A stretch of 64,000 nucleotides of DNA, taken from assembly GCA_963422645.2 (NCBI GenBank), contig CAXXVO010000012.1, positions 235,873-299,872 of the forward strand. The letters run 5' to 3'. Shown piece by piece: positions 21,918-32,450 of this stretch. How positions within the stretch are numbered: the first letter of the stretch is position 1; every line of letters begins with the position of its first letter. This DNA comes from Alphaproteobacteria bacterium. GTDB taxonomy: Bacteria > Pseudomonadota > Alphaproteobacteria > UBA828. The position numbers were made by a program, and so were the translations under genes. The notes below the pieces were generated by a model, which had not been told where the DNA came from, ran no database searches, and saw nothing but the letters and a program-made list of their open reading frames with translations.

Positions 21918-23117
21918 ATGGCGAAGCTCCAATCCATGACGATCTCGCGGCGCACGGTGGACGCGCTGCGCGCCGGCAAGGACACGGTATTCTGGGATTC
22001 GGAGCTTTCGGGCTTCGGGGTCCGCGTCTATCCCTCGGGCGCGAAGATGTACGTCGTGCAGACACGGGCGCGAGGCAAGTCGACGCGGATCACGGTGGGC
22101 CGGCACGGCGTGCTGACGCCCGAGGAGGCGCGCCGGCGGGCCGCGCTCATCATCGCGCGGGTCAAGGCGGGCGAGGAGCCGATCCCGGCGCCGCTCGCGC
22201 CGAAGCCGGAGCCCGGCCCGACGGTGGCCGATCTGGCCGAACGCTACCGGACCGAACATCTCGAAGTGCGCTGCAAACCGAGCACGGTCAAGACTGCAAG
22301 CACGGCCATAGAGCAGCACATTCTGCCGGCGCCCGGGACGCTCCCGCTGATGGAAGTCGAGCGGGACAAGGTGATGGCGCTGCACGGCGGCTTGAGCGAA
22401 ACGCCCGCGATGGCCAACCTCGCGGTGGATGTCATCTCCCGCATGTTCACCATGGCCGAGGCGTGGGGCATGGTGCCGGACGGTAGCAATCCGTGCCGCG
22501 AGATCGTCAAATACAGGATGCGCAAGCGCGAGCGGTTCCTGACCGACGGGGAGTTCCGGCGCCTGGGCGTAGTGTTGGGCGAGGCTGTGTCCGGGGGCAA
22601 GGTCTCGGTGCATGCTGCCGCAGCGATCCGGCTGTTGATGCTGACGGGCTGCCGGTGCAACGAGATCCTGACCCTGCTATGGGAGGACGTGGACTTGGAG
22701 GCGAACGAGATGCGGCTCCGCGATAGCAAGACTGGGCCGCGGGCGGTTCCGCTGTCGCCGGCGGCGGTGAAGGTCCTCTCGGACCTGCCGCGCGTTCCGG
22801 GCAATCCCTGGGTCATCGCGGGGCGCGTCAAGGGCACGCACATGAAGAACCTCGGCGGCCCGTGGGGGATCGTCCGGGCGCGGGCCGATCTGAACGATGT
22901 CCGCATCCATGACCTCCGACATTCGTTCGCCTCGCGGGCGCTGGCGCTGGGGGAATCTCTGCCGATGATCGGCAAGCTGCTCGGACATGCGCGGGCGCAG
23001 ACCACCGCGCGTTATGCCCATCTGGCGCGGGACTCGGTCAAGGAAGCCGCGGCCAGAATCTCCGACAGCATCGCGGACGATATCCTGAAGAGCCGCAGAC
23101 GAGCGGAGGCTGCTTGA
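21918..23117 (+). CDS. Tyrosine integrase with arm-binding domain (pair 1, second)
   Basis: WDSELSGFGVRV; LTGCRCNE, HDLRHSFAS, LLGH, TTARYAHL. Confidence 0.93.
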   Translation: MAKLQSMTISRRTVDALRAGKDTVFWDSELSGFGVRVYPSGAKMYVVQTRARGKSTRITVGRHGVLTPEEARRRAALIIARVKAGEEPIPAPLAPKPEPGPTVADLAERYRTEHLEVRCKPSTVKTASTAIEQHILPAPGTLPLMEVERDKVMALHGGLSETPAMANLAVDVISRMFTMAEAWGMVPDGSNPCREIVKYRMRKRERFLTDGEFRRLGVVLGEAVSGGKVSVHAAAAIRLLMLTGCRCNEILTLLWEDVDLEANEMRLRDSKTGPRAVPLSPAAVKVLSDLPRVPGNPWVIAGRVKGTHMKNLGGPWGIVRARADLNDVRIHDLRHSFASRALALGESLPMIGKLLGHARAQTTARYAHLARDSVKEAAARISDSIADDILKSRRRAEAA

Positions 23118-23376
23118 GTTCCATCGACCACATGGCCCCTCCTCGGAGTTGGTCTCCGGGTCACTGTTCTCCGGAGCATCCGGGGTCTTTCCCGCGCCGT
23201 GAACATGCGCTGGATCGAGGAACCGAGTCGGCGTGACGAGCGAATCCCCGCAAGCCTCATGCGGCCTCGCCCGCCGCGACAGCCGAAGAATGCGCACCGC
23301 CTGGAATTTTGCCAATTTTGTTGTATTTTCCGGGTGGGGTCTGGCCAAGCCGATCAGAACGCGAGCGCGATGGATA

Positions 23377-23589
23377 ATGACTGACACCGATGTCATGACC
23401 GTGCGCGAGGTGGCCGAGTACCTCAAGGTCAAGGACCGTACGATCTACCGGCTGGTCGCCAACGGAGAGATACCGGGCTTCAAGGTTGGCGGCTCCTGGC
23501 GGTTCAGGAAAAGCGAGATCGACCTGTGGACCGAGGCGCACGCGGTCGGGCCGGACGACCCGGGTAGGCGGGTGGAGAGCAGCGTATGA
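23377..23589 (+). CDS. Excisionase-like HTH DNA-binding protein (probable operon regulator)
   Basis: MTVREVAEYLKV..RTIYRL...GEIPGFKVGGSWRF; stop overlaps the next start. Confidence 0.85.
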   Translation: MTDTDVMTVREVAEYLKVKDRTIYRLVANGEIPGFKVGGSWRFRKSEIDLWTEAHAVGPDDPGRRVESSV

Positions 23590-26500
23590 CCGTCCCGACG
23601 ATATTCGAGACCTGCCGGCCGCGCGCGGATGTTCTCAAGGGGGCGATCGCCGAGGCCGACTTCGCGGCGGATCTGGCCCAGGTCATCGTCGGCAAGGGAA
23701 ACGCCGAATATCTCGATCCGGCGCGCTTCTTCGCCAACACATACCCAACCAGAGGCCTTCGGAACCTGCTCGCCAACGTGTGCAGGCGTCTGACCGGCGC
23801 GGGTGGCGAGGTCGCGTCGATCTTCCGGCTCGATACGTCCTATGGCGGCGGCAAGTCGCACGGGCTGATCGCACTGTGTCACGCCGCGCGCGGCGTGGGG
23901 GACGTGCCGGGTATCGCGGAGTTCATCGACCCTTCGCTGTTGCCGCGAAGCCGTGTGCGCATCGCCGCCTTCGACGGCGAGAACGCCGACCCGACCAACG
24001 GGCGCCGCATGGAAGACGGTGTTCTCGCCCATACGCCCTGGGGCGAGATCGCCTGTGCGCTTGCCGGCAGGGAGGGGTATGAACGAGTACGCAAGAGCGA
24101 CGAGAGCCGCATCGCGCCGGGCGCCGGGACCTTGCGCGAGCTGTTCGGCGGCGAGCCCACCCTGATCCTGCTCGACGAGCTTTCGGTCTACCTGCGCAAG
24201 GTCCGCAACCTCGGAGACGCCCGCGACCAGTTGACGGCATTCCTGACCTCCCTGTTCAAGGCCGTCGAAAGCGCGCCCGACGCCGTCCTCGTCTACACGC
24301 TGGCGATCGGCAAGGACGGGCGGGCGAGCGACGCCTATACCGACGAAAACCAGTTCATTGCCGACCGCATGGCGGAGGCGGAGAGCGTCTCCGCGCGCAA
24401 GGCGACGCTGTTGAACCCCACCGAGGAAGACGAGACGGTTCGGGTGCTCCGCCGCCGCCTGTTCGAGTCCATCGACGAGACGGCGGTTCCGGCGGTCGCG
24501 GATGCCTATCGGGTGCTCTGGACCGCCCACAGGGAGTCCCTTGCGGACGATGCCGCCCGGCCCGAGACCGTCGAGACCTTCCTGGCGAGCTACCCGCTGC
24601 ACCCGGAAGTCCTCGAAACCCTGACCGGTAAGACCGCGACGCTGGGCAATTTCCAGCGGGTGCGCGGCATGCTGCGGCTTCTGGCGCGCACGATCTCGCA
24701 TCTCTGGGCGGAAAAGCCCACCGACGCGACCGCGATTCACCTGCATCATATCGACCCGGGCCATGAGCCGATCCGCCAGGAGATCGTGACGCGGCTCGGG
24801 CAGTCCGCCTATGTGCCGGCGATCGCCAACGATGTCTCCGGCTCGGCCGGGAAGAAGGCGTTGGCACAGGAGATCGACGCTGCCCACCACGGCGGCCTGC
24901 CGGCCTACGCGGCCTGTGTCGCCCGCACCGTCTTCATGCACACGCTTGCCTTCAACGATCCGCTGAAAGGGATTGCGCCGGAGCGGTTGCGCTACTCGAT
25001 CCTCGGCCCCGCGACGGACATCAGCTTCATCGAGGAAGCGCGCAAGAAGTTCATCGCCGAATCCGCCTATCTGGACGACCGCCCCGGAGCGCCGATGCGT
25101 TTTCTCGCCGAGGCCAATCTGCGCCAGATCGTCCGCCGCGAGGAAGGCCATGTCGATGCCGGGGAAGCGCGCGCCCAGCTCAACGACCGCATCCGTGAGA
25201 TATTCGGCGGCAAGACATTCGAGGCGGCGCCGTTCCCCGGAGGGCCGTTCGATGTTCCCGACGAGGTCGCGGACGGCCGCCCGAAGCTTGCCGTCCTAGC
25301 CTATGACGGCGTTACCGTTGGCAGCTCGGTCGAGAACGTGCCCGAGTTGATCGCGCGCATCTATACCCGGAAGGGTTCGGAAGGCTCCGCGTTGCGGGCG
25401 CTTCGAAACAACCTGGTGTTCGTGGTCGCGGACGACGCCCGCAAGGAGGAAATGCGCCGCAAGACGTACCACCGCCTGGCGCTGCGGGAGATGAAGAAGC
25501 CGGAACGCCTCGTCGAATTGGCGGAGCACCAGCAAGCCCAGGTGCGCGAGATGGAGGCCCGGTCCGAGCAGGAGCTCGCGATCGCCATCCAACAGTGCTA
25601 CCGGCACGTGTTCTACCCCTCCCGCAACCGCGTCGGCGCGAGCGATGTCGATCTGGCCCACACAGCGATCGACATTCATTCCACCTCCGATCAGCCCGGC
25701 GCGGGACAGCAGCAGGTCGTTCGGGCCTTGCGCGACCTCAAGAAACTGCGCCTGCCCGAGGACGAGCCGGACTCGCCCGCCTATGTGCGCGACCGCACGC
25801 CGCTGAAGAAAGGGCAAGTCACCACCTTGGCGTTGCGCGACGAGTTCCGGCGCGACCCGGCGCTGCCGATCCTGGTGGGCGAGGACATCTTCATTCGCGG
25901 GGTGAGACGCGGCATCGATCAGGGCGAGTATGTCTACCGGCGCGGAGACCTGCTGTTCGGGCTTGGGGACCCGTCGGCGGGTATCGCGATCGACGAGCAA
26001 TCCGTCGTTTTCACGATGGCCTACGCGAAGAATGCCGGCATCTGGCCACGGAAGACCGATGGACCGCCGGAACCCGGGACAGGTGACGATACGCCGGGCC
26101 AACCAAACGGGATGGACGAGGACGAACCGGATTGGGAATCGAGCACGGAACCGGTTGGCGGCCTTCCTGTCGGGCAGGCGCCGCCGGGCTCGTTTACCGC
26201 GGAGGGCGTGCTCCGGGAGGCGCTGATCCGGTTGTGGGAGCAGGCGCGGGCGAAGGATGTCGAGACCATAGGAGCGCTGACGATCCGAATGTTCGAGGCG
26301 GGCGACGCATTCCGGCTTCTCGGCGCCGTGGGGGCGGTATCCGGCGCGGAGAAGGTCGTCACCATCTCGGGCGGCTACGAAACCGGCGACGGCGGGTCGT
26401 TCGAAATCGAGTTCCGGGGGCCTGTATCGGATGCGCAACCGGTTCGGGAGTTCCTCGAACCGCAGCTGCGCGATGCCAAAACCCGAAGCCTGGAAGCGGG

Positions 26501-26627
26501 CTTCGAACTGATCTTCGAAAGCGGGCTGTCGATGCGGGACGATGCGGCGGAGAAATTGACCGAGCGCCTCGGCCGGTTCGCGAGCGGCGCCGCCTATGTG
26601 TCGGCGACGGCGGAGGTGAAGGCGTAA
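23586..26627 (+). CDS. DUF499 family AAA+ ATPase
   Basis: FAADL, FFANTYPT, YGGGKSH Walker A, LILLDEL Walker B, YPLHPE, FQRVRGMLRLL. Confidence 0.88.
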   Translation: MTVPTIFETCRPRADVLKGAIAEADFAADLAQVIVGKGNAEYLDPARFFANTYPTRGLRNLLANVCRRLTGAGGEVASIFRLDTSYGGGKSHGLIALCHAARGVGDVPGIAEFIDPSLLPRSRVRIAAFDGENADPTNGRRMEDGVLAHTPWGEIACALAGREGYERVRKSDESRIAPGAGTLRELFGGEPTLILLDELSVYLRKVRNLGDARDQLTAFLTSLFKAVESAPDAVLVYTLAIGKDGRASDAYTDENQFIADRMAEAESVSARKATLLNPTEEDETVRVLRRRLFESIDETAVPAVADAYRVLWTAHRESLADDAARPETVETFLASYPLHPEVLETLTGKTATLGNFQRVRGMLRLLARTISHLWAEKPTDATAIHLHHIDPGHEPIRQEIVTRLGQSAYVPAIANDVSGSAGKKALAQEIDAAHHGGLPAYAACVARTVFMHTLAFNDPLKGIAPERLRYSILGPATDISFIEEARKKFIAESAYLDDRPGAPMRFLAEANLRQIVRREEGHVDAGEARAQLNDRIREIFGGKTFEAAPFPGGPFDVPDEVADGRPKLAVLAYDGVTVGSSVENVPELIARIYTRKGSEGSALRALRNNLVFVVADDARKEEMRRKTYHRLALREMKKPERLVELAEHQQAQVREMEARSEQELAIAIQQCYRHVFYPSRNRVGASDVDLAHTAIDIHSTSDQPGAGQQQVVRALRDLKKLRLPEDEPDSPAYVRDRTPLKKGQVTTLALRDEFRRDPALPILVGEDIFIRGVRRGIDQGEYVYRRGDLLFGLGDPSAGIAIDEQSVVFTMAYAKNAGIWPRKTDGPPEPGTGDDTPGQPNGMDEDEPDWESSTEPVGGLPVGQAPPGSFTAEGVLREALIRLWEQARAKDVETIGALTIRMFEAGDAFRLLGAVGAVSGAEKVVTISGGYETGDGGSFEIEFRGPVSDAQPVREFLEPQLRDAKTRSLEAGFELIFESGLSMRDDAAEKLTERLGRFASGAAYVSATAEVKA

Positions 26628-27107
26628 ATGGCGCGTCCGGATCCCATATCGCAGATCGAGACCCTTGGGTCGGCGCCGCGCTATGAGTTGCGGATGCGGT
26701 GTCGTGGGCCAACGAATGCCGCCTACGAAATCTGGCAATTGCCGGCCAGCGCCTCGCCCCATGTGACGTGCGCGCTGCGCGTCGCCGGGCTTCATGGCCG
26801 CAACCTCGAACTGGTGGAGCATCGGGTGCTCAGAAGGCTGTCGCAAGCTGGCGTCAAGCCGGACCAGCGGGCCGATGCGATGAAACGGGGCTATGCGTTG
26901 ACAGAGGATATCGCGTTGACGCTGGGCCTCCTGTTCCGCACGCTGGCGCCGATGCGCAGCCGCGACAACATGCGGGCCGTGGCCGAGGGCATCGAAGCCA
27001 TGGGGCACGAGGAGGCGGCCTACTGGCTCGGCATGGCGATGCACCGCAAGAGCCCGCGCCGTGTGCTGATGGCGCTGCGCGTTCTGTTGACCGAGCCGAA
27101 ACGATAG
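26628..27107 (+). CDS. Small conserved partner of DUF499 systems (in the DUF3780-like position)
   Basis: Abuts the DUF499 gene; C-terminal M..EEAAYWLG....R...R...ALR pattern. Confidence 0.6.
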   Translation: MARPDPISQIETLGSAPRYELRMRCRGPTNAAYEIWQLPASASPHVTCALRVAGLHGRNLELVEHRVLRRLSQAGVKPDQRADAMKRGYALTEDIALTLGLLFRTLAPMRSRDNMRAVAEGIEAMGHEEAAYWLGMAMHRKSPRRVLMALRVLLTEPKR

Positions 27108-27121
27108 TCCGGGAGGGCACC

Positions 27122-27823
27122 ATGCGGATCGAACCGGAGACCGGGGGCGTGAGCGTTGTCGTCCTGGGCGATTTCAACCCGGCGATTTTCACACCGGCTT
27201 GGTTCGCCCTTCATGGCCTTCTGTCGGAAAGCGCGGCGGATAACGCCGATCTGAAAGTAGCCAGCCCCCAAGTGACGGCGTTCTCCACGGAGTGGCTTGA
27301 TCTTCAGGTCACTGCCGACCGCTTTCAGGCCAATACGCAGCAGGCCCCCCTTATTCGCGTGCGCGATCTTGCGGTGCGCGTGTTCAGGGAGCACCTTCAT
27401 CATACGCCCCTCAGGGTAATCGGCATCAACCGAGATGTTCATTTTCGGGTGACGGATCAGGCCACGCGGGACCGGATCGGCAGGATATTGGCGCCGCCGG
27501 AACCTTGGGGGGGGTGGAAAGATGAGCTCGATCTGGGTGGCGAGTATGGCGGAATGAAATCTCTCACGATGTCGCAGTTCAGCCCTGCAGGAAGACCGCC
27601 AGGCGGGCAGATGAACGTGACGGTGGAACCGTCCGCCCGGATCGGTAGCGGGCGGACGGGGATTTATGTCAATGTCAACGATCACTACGCTGCCGGCAGT
27701 GGCGGCCCCGATGCCCGCACGGAATTGCTGGGGTTCTTGGAGAACGATTTCGATTCGTCGATCCAACGCAGCGAAGGGATCGTCGATCATGTTATGTCCT
27801 TGGCGACGAATCGGGAGGGATGA
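27122..27823 (+). CDS. Hypothetical protein (possibly TIGR04255-like)
   Basis: VVLGDFNPAIFTPAWF and HTP..IGIN motifs; GGAGGG ribosome-binding site. Confidence 0.55.
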   Translation: MRIEPETGGVSVVVLGDFNPAIFTPAWFALHGLLSESAADNADLKVASPQVTAFSTEWLDLQVTADRFQANTQQAPLIRVRDLAVRVFREHLHHTPLRVIGINRDVHFRVTDQATRDRIGRILAPPEPWGGWKDELDLGGEYGGMKSLTMSQFSPAGRPPGGQMNVTVEPSARIGSGRTGIYVNVNDHYAAGSGGPDARTELLGFLENDFDSSIQRSEGIVDHVMSLATNREG

Positions 27824-28425
27824 ACGCCATGACTCGGTCTGACCGAACTACGGCGGCTTGGAGCTTCGATACGCCGTCCGAGGGCAGCGGTACCGGGGCG
27901 GATACCGAGTTGCAATTCCTCCTTGCGAACGCCGATGCAGCGATAAGTCAGGCGTGGATGCCGGCGGACGCTGCCCGCGGCGAGATGCCATCAACCGGAA
28001 GCCTGCCCGACTTTCCCCCGGACCGCACCCGAAGCGGCGAGATTGCCTCCGCTGTCGTGAACCTGCTGCCGCCGATAAAGCCGGCACCGCGCAGGGCCAC
28101 GCTCCATCCGTTGCAGGAGTGGGAAGGGTATGTCGTCGAAATCGGAGACGAGGATTTCACGGCGCGGCTGGTCGATCTGACCGCCAACCATTCGTATGAA
28201 AGCGAAGAAGCGACGATTCCGCTCGCCGAAATCTCGGAGCGCGATGCCGCCGGCATGACGGAGGGCAGCATCTTCCGCTGGGTGATCGGCTATGAGCGTT
28301 CCGCCGAGGGAACCCGGAAGCGGGTCTCGCAGATCGTCTTTCGCGACCTGCCCAGAATGACCGAAAGCGATCTTCTCACCGGCGAGGCGTGGGCGGAGAA
28401 GATTGCAGCGGCACTCAATCCGTGA
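27820..28425 (+). CDS. Hypothetical protein (LQEWEGYV...F.A.L.D...G..F.W.IG motif)
   Basis: 4-bp overlaps with both neighbours. Confidence 0.6.
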   Translation: MNAMTRSDRTTAAWSFDTPSEGSGTGADTELQFLLANADAAISQAWMPADAARGEMPSTGSLPDFPPDRTRSGEIASAVVNLLPPIKPAPRRATLHPLQEWEGYVVEIGDEDFTARLVDLTANHSYESEEATIPLAEISERDAAGMTEGSIFRWVIGYERSAEGTRKRVSQIVFRDLPRMTESDLLTGEAWAEKIAAALNP

Positions 28426-29507
28426 CGGCGACGGGTCCACTCAAGGACGGCGAATTCGAATTGACGCTTCTCGGCCCCGGCTACGGGGAGAGTATCGTCA
28501 TGCATGTCGGCGACGGCCGGTGGGTCATCGTCGATTCCTGCCTCGACTCCGACGGAACACCCGGTGCCCTGCGACACCTTGAGAATGTTGGCGTTGACCC
28601 GGCTCGGGCAGTGGCACTGATCGTTGCCACTCACTGGCACGATGATCATATACGCGGGATTTCGCGTTTGGTCGATGCGTGTCCCGCTGCGCAATTCTCT
28701 TGCGCAAGCGCGCTCTGCCGCAAGGAGTTTCTGGAATTGGTAGGAGCATTGGAAGGCCGCCATTTTTCCGCATCCGGGTCTGGATTGCGCGAACTCCATA
28801 GTACATTTTCGCAGCTGGGGGAAAAGAAAAAGGTGCCAATTCACGCAGTTGCCAACCGCGTCATCTTTCGGGAAGGGAATTGCGATATATGGTCTCTCTC
28901 GCCAAGCGATAAGGTCTTCCAGCACTTTCTTAGATCCGTTGGACGCCTGATTCCGGACCAAGGTGAGAACAAGACACGGATTCCAAGTTTTTCTCCCAAC
29001 GAAGTCGCCGTTGCGCTTTGGATTGACACAGGAAACTTCACACTGCTCCTCGGCGCCGATTTGGAAAGGCGTGGTTGGGTTGCCATTCTCGGGAGCCAAG
29101 CGCGGCCCGCAGGCCAAGCGTCGGTTTTCAAGATTCCGCACCATGGCTCGCAGAACGCCGATGAACCAGCCGTTTGGCAAACTATGTTGGAGCTCAACCC
29201 TGCCGCCATTCTCAGCCCGTGGCACCGAGGCGGCCGCATTCTGCCAAAGCAGGACGACATAGAACGTATTCTGGCCACCACTCCAAACGCCTATGCTTCC
29301 AGTGCTGCGCCTCGTTCGCCCCGATCAGGCCGTAACCACGCAAACAGAATGGTGGCGAAAACTCTTGCGGAATCCGATGCCCGCTTTCGTCCGCTGACCT
29401 CTCGCGCCAGTTCAATCCAGTTGCGCCGCCCCCTCAGCTCTGGAACGCAGTGGTCGGTCGAGTTGTTCGGCGATGCCTGCCACCTTACAGCCTTGACGGC
29501 GGCGTGA
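28422..29507 (+). CDS. Metallo-beta-lactamase-fold hydrolase (ComEC-like, probable nuclease)
   Basis: GPGYGES, IVDS, THWHDDHIRG, LGAD, KIPHHGS. Confidence 0.85.
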   Translation: MTATGPLKDGEFELTLLGPGYGESIVMHVGDGRWVIVDSCLDSDGTPGALRHLENVGVDPARAVALIVATHWHDDHIRGISRLVDACPAAQFSCASALCRKEFLELVGALEGRHFSASGSGLRELHSTFSQLGEKKKVPIHAVANRVIFREGNCDIWSLSPSDKVFQHFLRSVGRLIPDQGENKTRIPSFSPNEVAVALWIDTGNFTLLLGADLERRGWVAILGSQARPAGQASVFKIPHHGSQNADEPAVWQTMLELNPAAILSPWHRGGRILPKQDDIERILATTPNAYASSAAPRSPRSGRNHANRMVAKTLAESDARFRPLTSRASSIQLRRPLSSGTQWSVELFGDACHLTALTAA

Positions 29508-29514
29508 GCGGACG

Positions 29515-32448
29515 ATGCCCGACACCCGCCTGATTGAGCGTTGGCTGCCGATCGCGGCGCTTGGGGAAGAGAGCGTTCGCGAGCGCCGTTCCAATACAGC
29601 GTTGCCGCCAACGTACTACCTCCACGTCTGGTGGGCGCGTCGGCCGCTGGTGGCGTCGCGCGCGGCGGTGCTTGCCTCGCTGCTGCCGGCGGACGCCGAC
29701 CGCGAGAAATTCATGCATGTGCTCGGCATTCACGGGGACCCGGTCGCCACACGACAACAGATAGACGCCGCCAAGCGAAGCGGAGAGGACCTGGGTCTCA
29801 ACCCGTATGGCTACCGGCGCGCGTTCACGTATTCGCCGAGCGCGGATGATTTGGCATGGGCCAGAGCGGCCGGGACAGCACCGGTGGCGCCCAAGATTCT
29901 GGATCCGACTGCCGGTGGAGGCAGCATTCCGATCGAAGTTGGCCGCCTCGGCTTCGCGGCGTATGCAAACGATCTCAACCCCGTGGCTACGCTGATCCTG
30001 AAGGCCACTGCAGATTGGCCCGCGCTCCATGGCCCTTCATTGCTTGATGAATTCAACCATCTGGCCAGCGCGTTCATTGAGCGAGCGGAGCCAAAGTATC
30101 GCGATGTGTTTCCGGCGGATGCAGAGGGCAACCGGGTTCATGGGTATCTCTGGGTGCGGACGGTTGTTTGCCCTTATTGCGACGGGCTGGCGCCGCTTTC
30201 GCCGAACTGGCGTCTGGCGCCGGACGGGACCGGCGTGCGGTTGAAGCCCGATCTCGGTTCCGGGCCGGGTTCGGAAGGTCGGGTCTGTTCGTTCGAGATC
30301 GTCGGGCACGCGCGCGAGCACTCGCCGGGCACGGTGGCGCGGGGCGCCGGGGCCTGCCCCTATCCGGATTGCGGTCGCGTCATCGACGGTGCGGAGATCA
30401 AGCGCCAAGCCCAGGCCGGCGACATGGGCGAGCAGCTTTACGCCGTGGTGTACAAGAGGCGTATGCCGGGGAAGGTTCTGAAATCCGGCAAGCGGGGAAA
30501 GGACAAGTGGGTTCGCGGCTATCGCGCGCCGCGGCCCGAGGACGACAACGGCGCCGAGATCGCTGCGCGGCTCGCCGAGAAGCTCCCCGAGTGGGAGGCG
30601 TTCGACATCGTGCCGTCGGAGAAGATTCCCGACGGCAACAAAACCACGGAGCCCCAGCGTTACGGAATGCTCATATGGCGCGACCTGTTCTCGCCGCGCC
30701 AGCTTCTCTGCCACGGCACATCGGTCGAAATCTTTCGCGAGATGCTGGAGGCGGATCGGCAAGCGGGCAGGCTGACTGAGCTTCGCAAGGCGGCGTATGG
30801 CTATCTGGCGCTCTCGCTCGACAAGCTGCTGAACTACAACTCGCGTATGTCTGTGTGGATGCCGACGCGGGAAGTCGTCGCAAACACATTCAATCGCCAC
30901 GATTTCGCATTCTGTTGGTCGCACGCCGAGATGGCGCCTCTGATTGTCGGTCTCGGCTATGACTGGGCAATCGGCCAAACCGCGAAGTGCATCAAGGAAT
31001 TGGTCGCGTTGGTCCGCCCCGAAGCCAGGGACGGGAATATCTTCGGCGGCGAGTCGCGAGGCGCCCCGCCGCCGATCACCATCACCTGCAAGCCGGGCGA
31101 CGGCCTCGACCATATCGAGGACGGCAGCATCGACGCGGTGGTGATGGACCCGCCCTATTACGACAACGTGATGTATGCCGAATTGTCGGACTTCTTCTAT
31201 GTCTGGCTCAAGCGCACCGCCGGGCATGTCTTCCCCGAGCTGTTCCGCCGCCATCTGACCGACAAGGACAACGAGGCGGTCGCCAACCCGGCGCGGTTCC
31301 AGGGCGAGAAAGGCGCGCGGGCGCTTGCCGGCCGGGACTACCAGGAGCGCATGGCGGCGATCTTCGCCGAATGTCGCCGCACCCTGAAGCCCGACGGCAT
31401 CATGACCCTGATGTTCACCCACAAGGCGACGGGCGCCTGGGACGCGCTCACCAAGGGGCTGATGGAGGCGGGCTTCGTCATCACCGCGTCATGGCCGGTC
31501 AACACCGAGGCCGAAGGCAGCCTGCATATCAAGAACAAGGCGGCCGCCAACAGTACCGTCTTCCTGGTCTGCCGGCCGCGCGCGGACAATACGCAGACCG
31601 AAGAGACTCTCTATTGGGAAGACCTGGAACCGCTGGTTGCCAAGGCCGTGCGCGCACGGGTCGAGGAGTTTCAGGACGCCGGCATTGCCGGGGTCGATCT
31701 CTATCTCGCGTCCTTCGGCCCGGCGCTCGAGGAGTTCTCGCGCCATTGGCCGCTGAAACGGGGCACGCCGCGCGAGATCCCGGAGGAACGCCGGCGCCGA
31801 CGCCAGCAGGCCCTGTTCGAGGACGAATGGGATCCCTACGCCGCCACGCCGGAGGATGCGCTGGACGCCGCGCGGCGCGAGGTCAAGCGCTGGCGGCTGG
31901 AGCAGTTGACCCATCTGAAGGCCAATGCCGATCTCGATCCGGGCACCGCCTTCTTCGTGCTGGCCTGGGATGCGTTCAGGGCGCCGGTGTTCTCCTACGA
32001 CGAGGCGCTGCGGCTCGCCCGCGCCGTCGGTATCGATCTCGACAGCGACATCGTCGGCCGGTTCGCGGAAAAGAAGGGCGGCGACATCCTCCTATGGGAC
32101 AGCGCGCGCCGGGCGGCCAAGGGGGCGCTTGGCCCGGCCGACGGCTCGCGCGGCATGATCGACGCCATCCACCACACCGCCAACATGGCCCGCGCGCGCT
32201 CGCTTTCCGCCGCCCGGGAGATGCTCGCCACTGCGCTGGTGGACCAGGACCCGCGCTTCTTCGCAGCGCTCGAGGCGGTGCTTGAGGTCCTCCCGATCTC
32301 CAAGGCCTTTACCGGCATCGAGCTCGAGGGCGACGCGGCGGCCGCGGGAAACGATTTCGAAGCCCTCTACAACTTGGCGCGCCTCGCCTACGGCGACGAG
32401 ATCGACGAGCCCGAGCAACTCAGGCTCTGGCAGGACGATGAAATCTGA
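29515..32448 (+). CDS. DUF1156 family DNA amino-methyltransferase
   Basis: LHVWWARRPL, DPTAGGGSIP SAM-binding motif, CPYC...CPYPDC, MDPPY catalytic motif. Confidence 0.9.
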   Translation: MPDTRLIERWLPIAALGEESVRERRSNTALPPTYYLHVWWARRPLVASRAAVLASLLPADADREKFMHVLGIHGDPVATRQQIDAAKRSGEDLGLNPYGYRRAFTYSPSADDLAWARAAGTAPVAPKILDPTAGGGSIPIEVGRLGFAAYANDLNPVATLILKATADWPALHGPSLLDEFNHLASAFIERAEPKYRDVFPADAEGNRVHGYLWVRTVVCPYCDGLAPLSPNWRLAPDGTGVRLKPDLGSGPGSEGRVCSFEIVGHAREHSPGTVARGAGACPYPDCGRVIDGAEIKRQAQAGDMGEQLYAVVYKRRMPGKVLKSGKRGKDKWVRGYRAPRPEDDNGAEIAARLAEKLPEWEAFDIVPSEKIPDGNKTTEPQRYGMLIWRDLFSPRQLLCHGTSVEIFREMLEADRQAGRLTELRKAAYGYLALSLDKLLNYNSRMSVWMPTREVVANTFNRHDFAFCWSHAEMAPLIVGLGYDWAIGQTAKCIKELVALVRPEARDGNIFGGESRGAPPPITITCKPGDGLDHIEDGSIDAVVMDPPYYDNVMYAELSDFFYVWLKRTAGHVFPELFRRHLTDKDNEAVANPARFQGEKGARALAGRDYQERMAAIFAECRRTLKPDGIMTLMFTHKATGAWDALTKGLMEAGFVITASWPVNTEAEGSLHIKNKAAANSTVFLVCRPRADNTQTEETLYWEDLEPLVAKAVRARVEEFQDAGIAGVDLYLASFGPALEEFSRHWPLKRGTPREIPEERRRRRQQALFEDEWDPYAATPEDALDAARREVKRWRLEQLTHLKANADLDPGTAFFVLAWDAFRAPVFSYDEALRLARAVGIDLDSDIVGRFAEKKGGDILLWDSARRAAKGALGPADGSRGMIDAIHHTANMARARSLSAAREMLATALVDQDPRFFAALEAVLEVLPISKAFTGIELEGDAAAAGNDFEALYNLARLAYGDEIDEPEQLRLWQDDEI

Positions 32449-32450
32449 TC

